DNA of 63,563 nt, counting the filler. It is 8 parts of 8 records of this genome, joined end to end, with 100 filler letters (N's around TTAATTAATTAA, not from the genome) between each part and the next. Parts side by side here need not be neighbours in the genome. Positions count along the whole stretch, not along the records: positions 1 to 17,801 come from SRR31147125_10097; positions 17,902 to 23,828 come from SRR31147125_10116; 6 more parts are not named here. One strand, written 5' to 3'. Within the stretch, counting starts at the first letter, position 1. Every line of letters begins with the position of its first letter. A program made the position numbers and the translations under genes. Positions 9,020 through 19,471 of the stretch are shown here, piece by piece. The notes beneath the pieces were generated by a model. It was not told where the DNA came from. It worked only from the letters and a program-made list of their open reading frames with translations, and made no database searches.

Positions 9020-11518
9020 TTAATTTATGCTTAAGTAATTCATAAATTTTGTTTTTTTAATTAACACAATTTGATAAACTGCTAAAACACTAAACATTCC
9101 TAAATGTATTAATAATCCCATGACAACTATATGTGGTGTAAGTATAATACGTTCATAGACACCAAATAATGTGACGACATCTGGTAAAATCTGCATAAAC
9201 ATATAAAAAATGATTGTTGATGCTAGCATTAAACCTATACATATCATTAACTGTGATTTGATAAGATATATAATGATTTCTCTTTTTGAAAACCCTATCG
9301 CATGAAGTTTAGAATCATCATATACTTCTTGATAATACATCATTGTATAATGATTAAATAAAGATATGATAAAACTTCCCATCATAAATATGATGATATA
9401 TATTAAATAATTTCTTACAAGTTTCATATCTTGAGATAATGGTGTAATGACTTCTTCTTCATAATCAGTAATTAAAACCATTTTAGGACCATAGGTTTCT
9501 AATAGTTCAGATTTTAATGTTGTTTTATCTGTTGTGTTTATCATGAGTTGATCATTGGTAATTGGTGTATATGCATCAAATGCATATAAATTTATAAAAG
9601 CAATTTCAATCGCTTCTTTTTCATAAAAACCTGCAATTTCAACTTCTATACCTTGATAATTTTCATTAATCTTTAAATATAGAACTTGCCCGACTTCCAT
9701 ATGATGCACTTCTTCATATAGACGTGGTAATATTATTTTTGGTATTGATTGATCTTGAAATGATTCAATGACTTGAGTCTCAATGTCAACATTAAAATAT
9801 GTGTCTATCACATTTGGGTCAATGGATATTAATGTTTCAATATATTGATTGTTTGTATTAATTTCTACGAATCTATATTGATCAAATTGAGTGATGTCAC
9901 TTACTAAAAGATGATCATCTAAATCCATATATATCTGTTGAATGTCACCTGTAATACTGGTAACAATAAAATCAAATTTTGTTTCATTGATAAATGCATC
10001 AGTTCTTCTGTTTAAATGTGCAACAGCAAAGACTAATAAAAATATTACGATATATATAGTTAACTGCGTCATCATTAAATGATAAAACTGTCTTTTATTT
10101 AATGACTTTTTAATAAACATATAAAGTATGCTAAATCGTTTGCTCAACCATAGAATCAGATAAACACTCACATTTGTGCCAACATATAGCATACCAACAA
10201 TTGCAAAAACAGATATGAGTATGGCGAACTGTTGGTGCTCTAAGTATGCTCTTTCTATTATAAATATCAAAACAAAAACCATCAACATCAGTATATCTTT
10301 TTTGATTGAAACTTCTTTTTCATCTACTGACATATTTAAAAGCCATACATCTTTTGTATCATTAAATTTTCTTTGATGTAAATAAAACGTGATAATTGTA
10401 ATCATGATTATTCCTAGTAACGTATAAAGCAAAGTTTGAAATGATAATACATATTGAGCAGATGATCCAAGATATTGATATCCCAATCGGATGAGACTAT
10501 GCGTTGCTAATCGTGCAACTAAAAAACTCACCAAAATAATCAAACCTAGTTCACAACATAACATTAAAAAACTAGATGTTTTTTTAGTACCTAAAAGATG
10601 AAGTGTTGATCTAAGTTTTTGTCGATCATATGCAAATACTTTCAGTGTTGTCGATAATACAAGCAGAATGGTTGCAAAAACAATCCATAACACAACTTGG
10701 AATAGAGCAGTCATTTTTGACACATTTTTATTGATTTCTACTTCGTTATATATCTCATGAATGGAGAGGTACTCAAAATCATCATATGATTGAAGTGTTT
10801 CATATAATGCTTGATATGTCGATGTATCATCAATATCTATGTAAACATGATTGTATAAATTTTTTAATAATACTTGTGGAAAACCCTCAAGTGATGGACT
10901 TAATGACGCTAGAAAAAATGCAAGTGAGGCATCTTTATCAATAAACACTGAATGTCCATTAAATAAATATTGATCTTCTACGATTCCCTTAACAACAAAT
11001 GTTTTTTGTTGATCACTTGCAAAAAGCGTGATCTCGTCATGAACAGCAAGATTAAAATCTTTTGCATATGAATGCGTGACAATAACTTCATTGTCTAGCA
11101 AAGTATCTATCGCGATGTCCCGATCACTTATTTTTTCTAAATTAGCGATACTTGATGCATAGACATCAACATATGTCCGCTCACCCTCACTAGAGGATAA
11201 AACAGTAAATTCAAAAAAAGGATGATATGTGGCAATCTGCGCATCAATTTCTGATTCATTAAAATCTCTTATTGAAAAAAATCTTTGATCACTATATTGA
11301 TCAAGTCCTATCTCCATATCAAAATCTTGATAAACATCTTCAATTTTGCTCACATGGTATTGATACATTAAATCATGCATAGAAAACGTCATAAAAGTCG
11401 CAATAAATAAACCAAAAAAACCTAGACCCATAAGCAGTGATCGAAGTGGATGTTCTAATACATTTTTTAAAATAACCTTAAATATAAACATGGATTTAAC
11501 TATGATGTTTTTCATCAC
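9020..11518 (-). CDS. FtsX/MacB-like ABC transporter permease with duplicated architecture
   Basis: Two extracytoplasmic domains each followed by TM bundles; overlaps a LolD-type ATPase gene. Confidence 0.8.
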   Translation of the reverse strand: MMKNIIVKSMFIFKVILKNVLEHPLRSLLMGLGFFGLFIATFMTFSMHDLMYQYHVSKIEDVYQDFDMEIGLDQYSDQRFFSIRDFNESEIDAQIATYHPFFEFTVLSSSEGERTYVDVYASSIANLEKISDRDIAIDTLLDNEVIVTHSYAKDFNLAVHDEITLFASDQQKTFVVKGIVEDQYLFNGHSVFIDKDASLAFFLASLSPSLEGFPQVLLKNLYNHVYIDIDDTSTYQALYETLQSYDDFEYLSIHEIYNEVEINKNVSKMTALFQVVLWIVFATILLVLSTTLKVFAYDRQKLRSTLHLLGTKKTSSFLMLCCELGLIILVSFLVARLATHSLIRLGYQYLGSSAQYVLSFQTLLYTLLGIIMITIITFYLHQRKFNDTKDVWLLNMSVDEKEVSIKKDILMLMVFVLIFIIERAYLEHQQFAILISVFAIVGMLYVGTNVSVYLILWLSKRFSILYMFIKKSLNKRQFYHLMMTQLTIYIVIFLLVFAVAHLNRRTDAFINETKFDFIVTSITGDIQQIYMDLDDHLLVSDITQFDQYRFVEINTNNQYIETLISIDPNVIDTYFNVDIETQVIESFQDQSIPKIILPRLYEEVHHMEVGQVLYLKINENYQGIEVEIAGFYEKEAIEIAFINLYAFDAYTPITNDQLMINTTDKTTLKSELLETYGPKMVLITDYEEEVITPLSQDMKLVRNYLIYIIIFMMGSFIISLFNHYTMMYYQEVYDDSKLHAIGFSKREIIIYLIKSQLMICIGLMLASTIIFYMFMQILPDVVTLFGVYERIILTPHIVVMGLLIHLGMFSVLAVYQIVLIKKTKFMNYLSIN

Positions 11519-12176
11519 TTTCTATCCTTCCACTTAACATGTGTATTGTTCTCGTGCTATATGAAGTCATTTTAATGTTATGCGTCACCATCACAATCGT
11601 TTGATGATGTTTTTGATTGATCTCTTTTAACAAACTCATAATATTTAATCCTGTCTCATAATCAAGATTCCCTATCGGTTCATCAGCAAAAATAATTTTA
11701 GGTTGATTAATCAGAGCTCTAGCGATGGCAACTCTTTGTTGTTGACCACCTGATAATTTATTAGGATATGTTTGTGCTTCATCTTTTAATCCTACTAAAT
11801 CTAAAACATTTAAAACATCTAACTTATCTTTCTTCTTGCTTAACAATTGTGCAATCTTAATATTTTCATAAACCGTTAAATGTGGAATTAAATTAAAAAA
11901 CTGAAAAACAAAGCTAAGTTCATCTTTTCTAAGATTTGCTTTTTGCGATTCTTTTAAATGTGCAATATCATTGCCTAAAACCAAGAGATTTCCTTGATAA
12001 AAATCTTCAAGTCCGCTTAACACATATAAAAGTGTAGTTTTTCCTGATCCAGAAGGTCCAACAATAGAAACAAACTCTCCTTCTTCAACATTCAAAGAGA
12101 TATCTTTTAATACTTCAAATTCAACATCGCCTTTTCGATATTTTTTAAATATATGATTAGCTTCTATGTGTTTCAT
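11496..12176 (-). CDS. ABC transporter ATP-binding protein (LolD/MacB-like)
   Basis: GPSGSGKT, LSGGQQQRVAIARAL, FADEPIGNLD. Confidence 0.92.
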   Translation of the reverse strand: MKHIEANHIFKKYRKGDVEFEVLKDISLNVEEGEFVSIVGPSGSGKTTLLYVLSGLEDFYQGNLLVLGNDIAHLKESQKANLRKDELSFVFQFFNLIPHLTVYENIKIAQLLSKKKDKLDVLNVLDLVGLKDEAQTYPNKLSGGQQQRVAIARALINQPKIIFADEPIGNLDYETGLNIMSLLKEINQKHHQTIVMVTHNIKMTSYSTRTIHMLSGRIESDEKHHS

Positions 12177-12283
12177 AGCACCCTCCATCTTATTTATTTA
12201 TATTATATCATTAAACTTATAAGCAAATACGATGACACATATCACTTTACTACATATAATAAGACTAAACGGAGGTAACATGA

Positions 12284-12874
12284 ATGAATCATAATAGAAA
12301 CTGGAAAGTAGATGATCTTATTGATAATATGCTTACATTTAAACAAGAAGCGATGGCACTTAGAGAAATTTGCTTACAAACAGAACTCCTAGAAGATAGA
12401 AAATGGGGACAGCCTTGTTACACATATCAAGGCAAAAATGTAGTCGCGATTGGCGCATTTAAACATTACATCAGTCTTTCGTTCTTCAAAGGTTCCCTTA
12501 TCCGAGATCCAAAAAGGTTACTTGCATCTCCCGGAGAAAACTCAAAAACTTTTAAACAATTTAAATTTAATCATTTATCAGAAATAAATGATCATCAAGC
12601 ACAAATTATAGCTTTTATTAAACAAGCTATTAATATTGAAAAATCAGGTTTAAAGATTGTATATCCTAAAGCAGATGAACAACCTTATCCACAACAATTA
12701 CTTGACTTATTTAATGAAAGTCCACAATTTAAACAAGCTTTTGAAGCACTAACGCCAGGACGAAAAAGGGGTTATCTCATACATTTTAATCAAGCCAAAA
12801 AACCAGAAACAGTCAAGAGACGAATAGAAAAAAGCATGCCTAAAATATTTGATAAAAAGGGTTTAAATGAATAA
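12284..12874 (+). CDS. YdeI/OmpD-associated family protein (DUF1801 + OmdA)
   Basis: KWGQPCY...LSFFKG and FEALTPGRKRGY...AKKPET..RRIEK signatures. Confidence 0.88.
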   Translation: MNHNRNWKVDDLIDNMLTFKQEAMALREICLQTELLEDRKWGQPCYTYQGKNVVAIGAFKHYISLSFFKGSLIRDPKRLLASPGENSKTFKQFKFNHLSEINDHQAQIIAFIKQAINIEKSGLKIVYPKADEQPYPQQLLDLFNESPQFKQAFEALTPGRKRGYLIHFNQAKKPETVKRRIEKSMPKIFDKKGLNE

Positions 12875-12882
12875 AAGGAGCA

Positions 12883-14484
12883 TTAATTTGCTCCTTTTTT
12901 ATATCTAAATAATGATGGATCAAGTGCTTCTGGCACCATTGGTTTTGAAAAATAAAAACCTTGTACGTAATCCGCTTTCAATTTTTTCAACAATAAGAAT
13001 TGTTTTTCATCTTCGATACCTTCAGCAACCACAATCATCTTCATGCTATGTGCCAGATTTATCACAAATTTTAAAATAGGTGAACAATAGTCATCATCAC
13101 TACAATTGTTAATGAAACGACGATCAATTTTCAATATATCAATCGGTAATTTTTCTAAATAAGTTAGCGATGAGTATCCGGTACCAAAATCATCTAACGC
13201 AATATGAAATCCTAATGCTTTAACTTCTTGAAGGATACGAATGGCTTCTTCTATATTTTTAATCACATCTGATTCAGTAATTTCAAAAACAAAGTGTTTT
13301 GTATTGATTCGATAAATATCTATAAGATTTTTCAGTTTACCCATAAACGTTAAATCTCTAATCACACGACTTGATAAATTAATTGATATGCACATATCAA
13401 TCCCTTCTTGAATCCATTTTAGATTTTGTTTAAAGGACGTTTCTATCACAAGTAACGTCATGGCAGTCATGTGATTCGTTTTTTCTGCAATTTCTATAAA
13501 ACTCCCCGGATATAAAAAACCTTTTTTAGGATTGTTCCATCTAATTAATGCTTCAACATCGAGTGACAATCCATCTTTTGATGAGACAATCGGTTGATAA
13601 TGAATCACAAATTCTTTGTTGTCAATGCCATAATGAAGTTGATTTGTAATTTCTATTTGATATGTTAATCTTTCTTTAAGTTCATCAGAATAATATGCAT
13701 ATTGCTGTTTACCATTTCTTTTAGCAACCGTTAATGCAAAATCAGCATTTTGCAATAACTCATCATAACTTTGCCCATCATAAGGATAAATCGTGATGCC
13801 TGCTGAAAATGTAATATAAAATTCGACATTTGCATATGTATATGTATTTTTAAACTTCCCTGCGATTTTATCTATATATGCTTTAAATGCTTTTTTAGAT
13901 TCAAAACCCTTAAATAGAAAGATAAATTCATCACCTGTAATACGACCCACCAAGTGCTCATGTCCAAATACTTGAACAAAATTATTTGCCACATTATCAA
14001 GTAATTGATCTCCATAGATATGTCCTAGCATTTCATTGACATTTCTAAAATTATCAACATCTAAATATACAAAACCTAACACTTCATTTTCATGTTCTAA
14101 AATATGTGTCTCCACTTCTTTTTTAATTAAATTTTTAGAAGGTAGTTTTGTAAGTTCATCATAATAAGCTGTTTGATATAATTTTTCTTCAAGTCTTTTT
14201 AGTGATTTATTGCTGCGCTCTAGTGCTTCAACAACTTGACTTAAATGATTAATGGTTTGTGCGTACAAATCCATTCTTCTTTTAATAATAAAATAAAACA
14301 TTATTCCCGTTGATAAAACATAGAAAACACCTTTAATGGTCTGGATGCTTTCTAAAAGTTCAACATCTTGCAAGAGCATAAACAAAATACGGTCAGATAA
14401 AAATACCCAGGCAATACTGACAAAGATATATATACCGATGATGATAATTGTGTTTTTAAATGCGTTATTCTCGTATTTTCTCAT
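12883..14484 (-). CDS. Membrane-anchored GGDEF-EAL protein (probable c-di-GMP phosphodiesterase)
   Basis: 2 N-terminal TMs; coiled coil; DVDNF..VN..GH..GD with variant TGDEF; intact EAL (VEALIRW) and DDFGTGYSSL. Confidence 0.9.
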   Translation of the reverse strand: MRKYENNAFKNTIIIIGIYIFVSIAWVFLSDRILFMLLQDVELLESIQTIKGVFYVLSTGIMFYFIIKRRMDLYAQTINHLSQVVEALERSNKSLKRLEEKLYQTAYYDELTKLPSKNLIKKEVETHILEHENEVLGFVYLDVDNFRNVNEMLGHIYGDQLLDNVANNFVQVFGHEHLVGRITGDEFIFLFKGFESKKAFKAYIDKIAGKFKNTYTYANVEFYITFSAGITIYPYDGQSYDELLQNADFALTVAKRNGKQQYAYYSDELKERLTYQIEITNQLHYGIDNKEFVIHYQPIVSSKDGLSLDVEALIRWNNPKKGFLYPGSFIEIAEKTNHMTAMTLLVIETSFKQNLKWIQEGIDMCISINLSSRVIRDLTFMGKLKNLIDIYRINTKHFVFEITESDVIKNIEEAIRILQEVKALGFHIALDDFGTGYSSLTYLEKLPIDILKIDRRFINNCSDDDYCSPILKFVINLAHSMKMIVVAEGIEDEKQFLLLKKLKADYVQGFYFSKPMVPEALDPSLFRYKKGAN

Positions 14485-14512
14485 TTGCTTATGTGCCGCT
14501 CCTTGCTTTTAT

Positions 14513-15376
14513 CTAGTGGTTTAAAAATTGCATGTATTTCACTGCTAAGATTGATTGCCAGTGAACTCTAGCTTTTAAAAATGATTCTTCATACTGCTGC
14601 CAATTATACTTGATATCCCACATGTCCTGATTTTCAATTTCTTTTTTTATCTGTATTAATTCTCTATCTACTAAAGATTTAATACTTTGATAAATTTGAG
14701 TGTTTGGTGAGTCACATAGTGCTAATGGTGTGAGGCCATAAGTTTCATGTGTAGGATCGTATGTACTCAGCATCGTATATACATGTTGTTTTAATGTTTT
14801 TTCAAAAACTGGAAAAGCTAAAAACTGATCACGTATTGGATATAAGTATTCATATGCATCCACAAAACATCTGAGTTCATGCATTTCAGTTGTGGGGTTT
14901 TGAATAAAATCCATCATCGCACCAACAATTAATTTTTTTGTTCTTAATTGCTTATCATGTCGATAAATAAATGCCCATAACGCTACTGATGGATTATATC
15001 CCCAAATACGATTATCTAATTGATCTGTCCACCAAATAGCATGTGGATAATCGTTATTTGATGCGATAATCGCAGGATAAAGCCCATCATCAGGCATAGT
15101 ATCTAATAAGTATTTTACCGTTTTCTTAATCATAGGGTGTTCATCTTGTAGTTTAATACGTGCCATATAAGATATGGCAAACCATGTGTGTATAGGTGAA
15201 GAATGTGGATTTAAGTTATCAGGTTCTATACCATGACCAAATCCTCCATCTTCATTTTGAAATTTTTCTAATGCTTGTATAACATTAACCTTTAATCCTT
15301 TATGAAATAAAAAATCATAGAGATGTTTTTCTAAAGGTCTACTATGTATATTCATCCAATCGACTACTTTTTTCAT
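14513..15376 (-). CDS. Hypothetical protein, prenyltransferase/squalene-cyclase-like alpha/alpha toroid
   Basis: QW-repeat-like FQNEDGGFGHGIEPD; HAIWW motif of a conserved Firmicutes hypothetical family. Confidence 0.6.
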   Translation of the reverse strand: MKKVVDWMNIHSRPLEKHLYDFLFHKGLKVNVIQALEKFQNEDGGFGHGIEPDNLNPHSSPIHTWFAISYMARIKLQDEHPMIKKTVKYLLDTMPDDGLYPAIIASNNDYPHAIWWTDQLDNRIWGYNPSVALWAFIYRHDKQLRTKKLIVGAMMDFIQNPTTEMHELRCFVDAYEYLYPIRDQFLAFPVFEKTLKQHVYTMLSTYDPTHETYGLTPLALCDSPNTQIYQSIKSLVDRELIQIKKEIENQDMWDIKYNWQQYEESFLKARVHWQSILAVKYMQFLNH

Positions 15377-15384
15377 TCTTATAC

Positions 15385-16917
15385 CTACTTAATCATATAA
15401 CTATGATTCTTTCCAGCTTTTTTAGCTTCATATAAAGCTTTATCTACTTGGTCAAGTAGCTCTAATAAAAGTATACCTGGTTTAAAACATGCAATACCTA
15501 GAGAAATCGTTAATTTTTCACCATGTTCGAAAGTTTCATCTTCTACATTTTTTCTTATATGTTCTGCAATTTCAAATGCTTCATTTTTTGTTTTTCTAGG
15601 CAATATAATCATAAATTCTTCGCCACCAAATCGTGCAAGTGTATCAGTTTTATCAATATATGATGACGCAATTGTTGCAATTTTAGTCAGTACGAGATCA
15701 CCCATTAAGTGTCCATGTGTATCATTAACTTGCTTAAACTCATCAATATCAAACATAATCAAAGAAAATGTTTCATTTTTTGATGTTGCTTGTTTCATCT
15801 GATCTCTTAGATTCATATCAAATTTATGTCGATTGCTGATTTGCGTTAACTTATCAATTTCACTAAATTCAATAATCTTTTTTCTAGACCTAGACACCAA
15901 GAAAACAATCAATACAGAAAGTGCAAACAATCCAGCGATTAAAGCCAGATTAAATATATGGCTATCTGATAGATGATTAAATGTAATATTATCTTGAATC
16001 ACAATCATATAACCTATATCATCGCCTTCAAAGTTTTTAAAAGGTATAGCGATAAAATCATAGGTCTTACCATCTATGGTAATTGAGCTATATTGACTTT
16101 CATATGTATCATCATTCACAAGCACTGTATGTGAGGACATATATGCCTCTAAGTCGCTGATTTTAATTGTGTTTTGCTGAATATTATCAGAAAGTACACC
16201 TTGGTCAAAATAGAAATCATCACTAAAAAAACTGAGCTCATAATGATCTAAATAATCTGGCCAAACCTTTTGATCAACTAATGTTTTGTCAAATAAAACA
16301 TAATAATCACTTTGTCTGTGTGTTTGTGTTAATTGGTTAACAACTGATGTCATCGATATACTGATTTCGACACTACCAATATGTTCATCTTGATAAAAGA
16401 GAGGATAAACAAATCTAAATCCATTAAATATTCTTCCTTCTTCAAATCCTTTGCTTATAACTAAGTGCTCATTTGTATTGACGACAGTTGCTCTTACATC
16501 AGAAAGATCATCACCATAATCTAGTGGACTATGCATTCTAAGAAAAGATGTATTATCCGGTAAATGAAAATGAACCTGTCTAAAGTTATAACTCGTAAGT
16601 GCGATATATTCATCTTCTAACAGATCATATAGTTCATCTCTTTTTGTGTCTTTAATTGTTTCATCATCAGTCATTGCTGCATCATAGACAAGTGATAACA
16701 CATCATCTTGATTAATCATTGAATCAAAAACATATTGACTAAACATATCATATTCGTCTACCACATCTTTGACTTCGATATTTAATTGTCTAAATGCATT
16801 TTTATAATACATTTCTTTCTTGTCATCATATCTCTTTTGGACAAAAAAAGTTGTTAAAGCAAATGCTATGATCATGACAAAAAGTATGATCCACGTATGT
16901 CTTATTAACTTTTTCAT
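15385..16917 (-). CDS. Cache-domain sensor diguanylate cyclase
   Basis: TM, Cache-like domain (HFHLPDNTSFLRMH...GFEEGR...GSVE), TM, then DIDEFKQVNDTHGH...GGEEF. Confidence 0.9.
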   Translation of the reverse strand: MKKLIRHTWIILFVMIIAFALTTFFVQKRYDDKKEMYYKNAFRQLNIEVKDVVDEYDMFSQYVFDSMINQDDVLSLVYDAAMTDDETIKDTKRDELYDLLEDEYIALTSYNFRQVHFHLPDNTSFLRMHSPLDYGDDLSDVRATVVNTNEHLVISKGFEEGRIFNGFRFVYPLFYQDEHIGSVEISISMTSVVNQLTQTHRQSDYYVLFDKTLVDQKVWPDYLDHYELSFFSDDFYFDQGVLSDNIQQNTIKISDLEAYMSSHTVLVNDDTYESQYSSITIDGKTYDFIAIPFKNFEGDDIGYMIVIQDNITFNHLSDSHIFNLALIAGLFALSVLIVFLVSRSRKKIIEFSEIDKLTQISNRHKFDMNLRDQMKQATSKNETFSLIMFDIDEFKQVNDTHGHLMGDLVLTKIATIASSYIDKTDTLARFGGEEFMIILPRKTKNEAFEIAEHIRKNVEDETFEHGEKLTISLGIACFKPGILLLELLDQVDKALYEAKKAGKNHSYMIK

Positions 16918-17029
16918 GTCATCATCACATCCTTTTATTGCTATATTATATGATATATCTTATCACATTTCATACGATAGTATTTTAATAACGTTATAAA
17001 GTACTAAAAATATTTGTAATTTTAAACAA

Positions 17030-17801
17030 TCACCTTAATAAAGCCTTTATAATCACAAATAAAATTTCATTACCTATATTTTTCTCATCAATTGACTGTA
17101 CTAAATCTCTAGTATCCTGAAGCTGATTTTTTGCATACCATATAAGTGGCAATAATGTAGCTTCATCAAATATTTGGATTTGTTGATGTCTCCAATCTTT
17201 TTGTTTCAAGATAAGTCTATCAATCAAATAATCAAAACCAAGTTCCATAGTATGTTTGATTTTTACATCATAGCTATCCTTAACACATAATTGTGACCCT
17301 TTAAATTTAGAAGTCATTTTAATAAAATCATTCATTGCTTTAAATGCCATCAATGCATATGATTTAGATTTTGTTCGTTCCAATTCTCTTGGCATCGCGC
17401 CTTGCTGATCAAATTGCACATCTACTCTTTGAACAATAAATGCATCAATCAATGCTTTTGATTCATCAAATTCATCTAAAAAGTCATAGAGTACAAGTAG
17501 CAATAAATCATACATGGTGCCATGGTTATTTTTAGCATTTTTTTCTTCTATACCTATATCACTATATTTAAGCCAATAACAAAATGATGATATCCATTTT
17601 TTAAAATCAAAATAAAATGCATCTTCGATATAACCCATATCATATAAACTTTTAAAAAGTGCAAGTACATATGTATGGCTAGATGCAAAATCAATAATTC
17701 CAATCCCTCGACCTAAATGAACACCTTTAATCATTTGACCATGATTCATATTTGGGTTCATCGCTGTATCAGGATTTATAAAATATGTATAGATTCTTTT
17801 T
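17030..17801 (-). CDS. Alginate lyase family protein (PF05426-like), 5'-truncated by contig end
   Basis: Frame stays open to the contig edge (KRIYTYFINPDTAMNPNM); motifs GRGIGIID, NNHGT, ELERTKS. Confidence 0.75.
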
Positions 17802-17901
17802 NNNNNNNNNNNNNNNNNNNNNNNNNNNNNNNNNNNNNNNNNNNNTTAATTAATTAANNNNNNNNNNNNNNNNNNNNNNNNNNNNNNNNNNNNNNNNNNN
17901 N
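17802..17901. other. Artificial contig linker
   Basis: N44-TTAATTAATTAA-N44; stops in all six frames. Confidence 0.99.
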
Positions 17902-18305
17902 TTTTTCATCATGCTGGGTATAACAGCCTTGGACATAATAAATGATCCATTTAAGTCAATGTCAATAACTTGTCTAAACTCTGCTGCTGTCATTTCGTGC
18001 ATTGGTATTCTTTTAATAATTCCAGCATTGTTTACTAAAATATCAACAGTTCCAATTTCCTTTTCCACTGTAGCTATAAAGTCAGTAACTGCATTCTCGT
18101 CTGTTACATCACAGACATATCCGTGTGCTTTAATACCTGCTTCTTTATAAGAAGCAAGTCCCTTATCAACTAACTCTTTTTTAATATCATTAAATACAAT
18201 TGTTGCACCAGCTTGTGCCATGCCTTTTGCCATAGCCATGCCTATCCCGTATGAAGCTCCTGTAACCAGTGCTACTTTTCCAGTTAAATCAAATCTATCT
18301 TTCAT
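17902..18305 (-). CDS. kduD: SDR gluconate 5-dehydrogenase / 2-keto-3-deoxygluconate dehydrogenase, 3'-truncated
   Basis: ALVTGASYGIG, NNAGIIKRIP; directly downstream of kduI. Confidence 0.8.
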
Positions 18306-18315
18306 AACTTTCTCC

Positions 18316-19158
18316 TTACATTAAGTCTGTTAATGCTATATGATCCATATCGGTAAATGTTTTGTTTTCTCCTACCATGCCCCATATGAATTTGTATGAT
18401 TTAGTTCCGCAGCCAGAATGTATAGACCATGATGGTGAAATAACTGCTTCTTCATTTCTAACAACTATGTGACGTGTTTCTGTAGGTTCACCCATATAGT
18501 GGAAAACAACATTATCTCCTTCTATATCAAAGTAAAAATATACTTCCATTCTTCTTTCATGAGTGTGGCAGGGCATGGTGTTCCATACATTGCAATCTTC
18601 CATTTCGGTAAGTCCCATCATCAGTTGGCATGTATCCATTACATCAGGATGAATAAATTGATTGATTACTCTTTTATTTGATGTCGCCTCATCTCCCATA
18701 GGTACTTTCTTTGCTTTATTAATATCAACATGAGCAATTGGATAAGAAGCGTGTGCTGGTGCACTTAATGTATAGAATTTAGCTGGGTTTTTAGCATCAT
18801 CGCTTTTGAATATTACTTCCTTTGAACCCATGCCTACATATAACCCATCTAGACTAGCCATATTATATTCTTTTCCATCTACAATTATCTTTCCGCTGCC
18901 TCCTACATTTATAGTGCCGAGTTCACGTCTTTCTAGGAAATAGTCAGTACCTAGATTTTTCATTATATCTAAGCCTTCACCTAATTCTAAATCATTATCT
19001 GTCGGGCAGAATCCCATAGTGATTATTCTGTCAATGTGTGAATATACTCTTTTAACCTTACTAGGTGTAAAAAGCTCTGTTATTAAAAATTCGTCTCTTA
19101 ACCTTTCTGTTGTGTAATGATTTGCATCTTTTGAATTTGATGGTTGTCTAATATCCAT
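18316..19158 (-). CDS. kduI: 5-dehydro-4-deoxy-D-glucuronate isomerase
   Basis: YFLERRELG, WNTMPCHTHERRMEVYFYF, SPSWSIHSG. Confidence 0.95.
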   Translation of the reverse strand: MDIRQPSNSKDANHYTTERLRDEFLITELFTPSKVKRVYSHIDRIITMGFCPTDNDLELGEGLDIMKNLGTDYFLERRELGTINVGGSGKIIVDGKEYNMASLDGLYVGMGSKEVIFKSDDAKNPAKFYTLSAPAHASYPIAHVDINKAKKVPMGDEATSNKRVINQFIHPDVMDTCQLMMGLTEMEDCNVWNTMPCHTHERRMEVYFYFDIEGDNVVFHYMGEPTETRHIVVRNEEAVISPSWSIHSGCGTKSYKFIWGMVGENKTFTDMDHIALTDLM

Positions 19159-19471
19159 TTTTACCTCCATTTGTACTGTTTCAATATTTAAATATACTAT
19201 TTAGCAAAACAAATCCTTTTTTTGATTTACTATGCTGTATAAAATTGCAATCCTATCTGATAATTACCAATTAATATAACGAGCCACTATAATCTTTACG
19301 CATTGTTCACTATATGACCGTATATATCTTTATATGAACATTATATCTTTTTCTTGTCTTTCAGTCAATGAATATAGACCAGAAATCCGATATTAAATTA
19401 TTTCTTGTCCTATAGATTTTGACTGAATACATACGCGTGCGAATATATAACATAAAATATTCTGCCAATAC

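Noticed and set aside
1..17801. Genetic code 4 (TGA=Trp) in the Mollicutes-like contig
   Set aside because: Long ORFs are intact under code 11, Trp is TGG, and TGA serves as a stop.
17846..17857. Recurrent TTAATTAATTAA palindrome (7 copies) as a biological repeat
   Set aside because: Always centred in 44+44 Ns; it is a synthetic all-frame stop linker.
17030..19158. Alginate lyase plus kduD/kduI as one uronate pathway locus
   Set aside because: They lie on different contigs separated by a linker.
19171..19471. KdgR/LacI-type operator upstream of kduI
   Set aside because: Only weak AT-rich partial dyads; no convincing palindrome.
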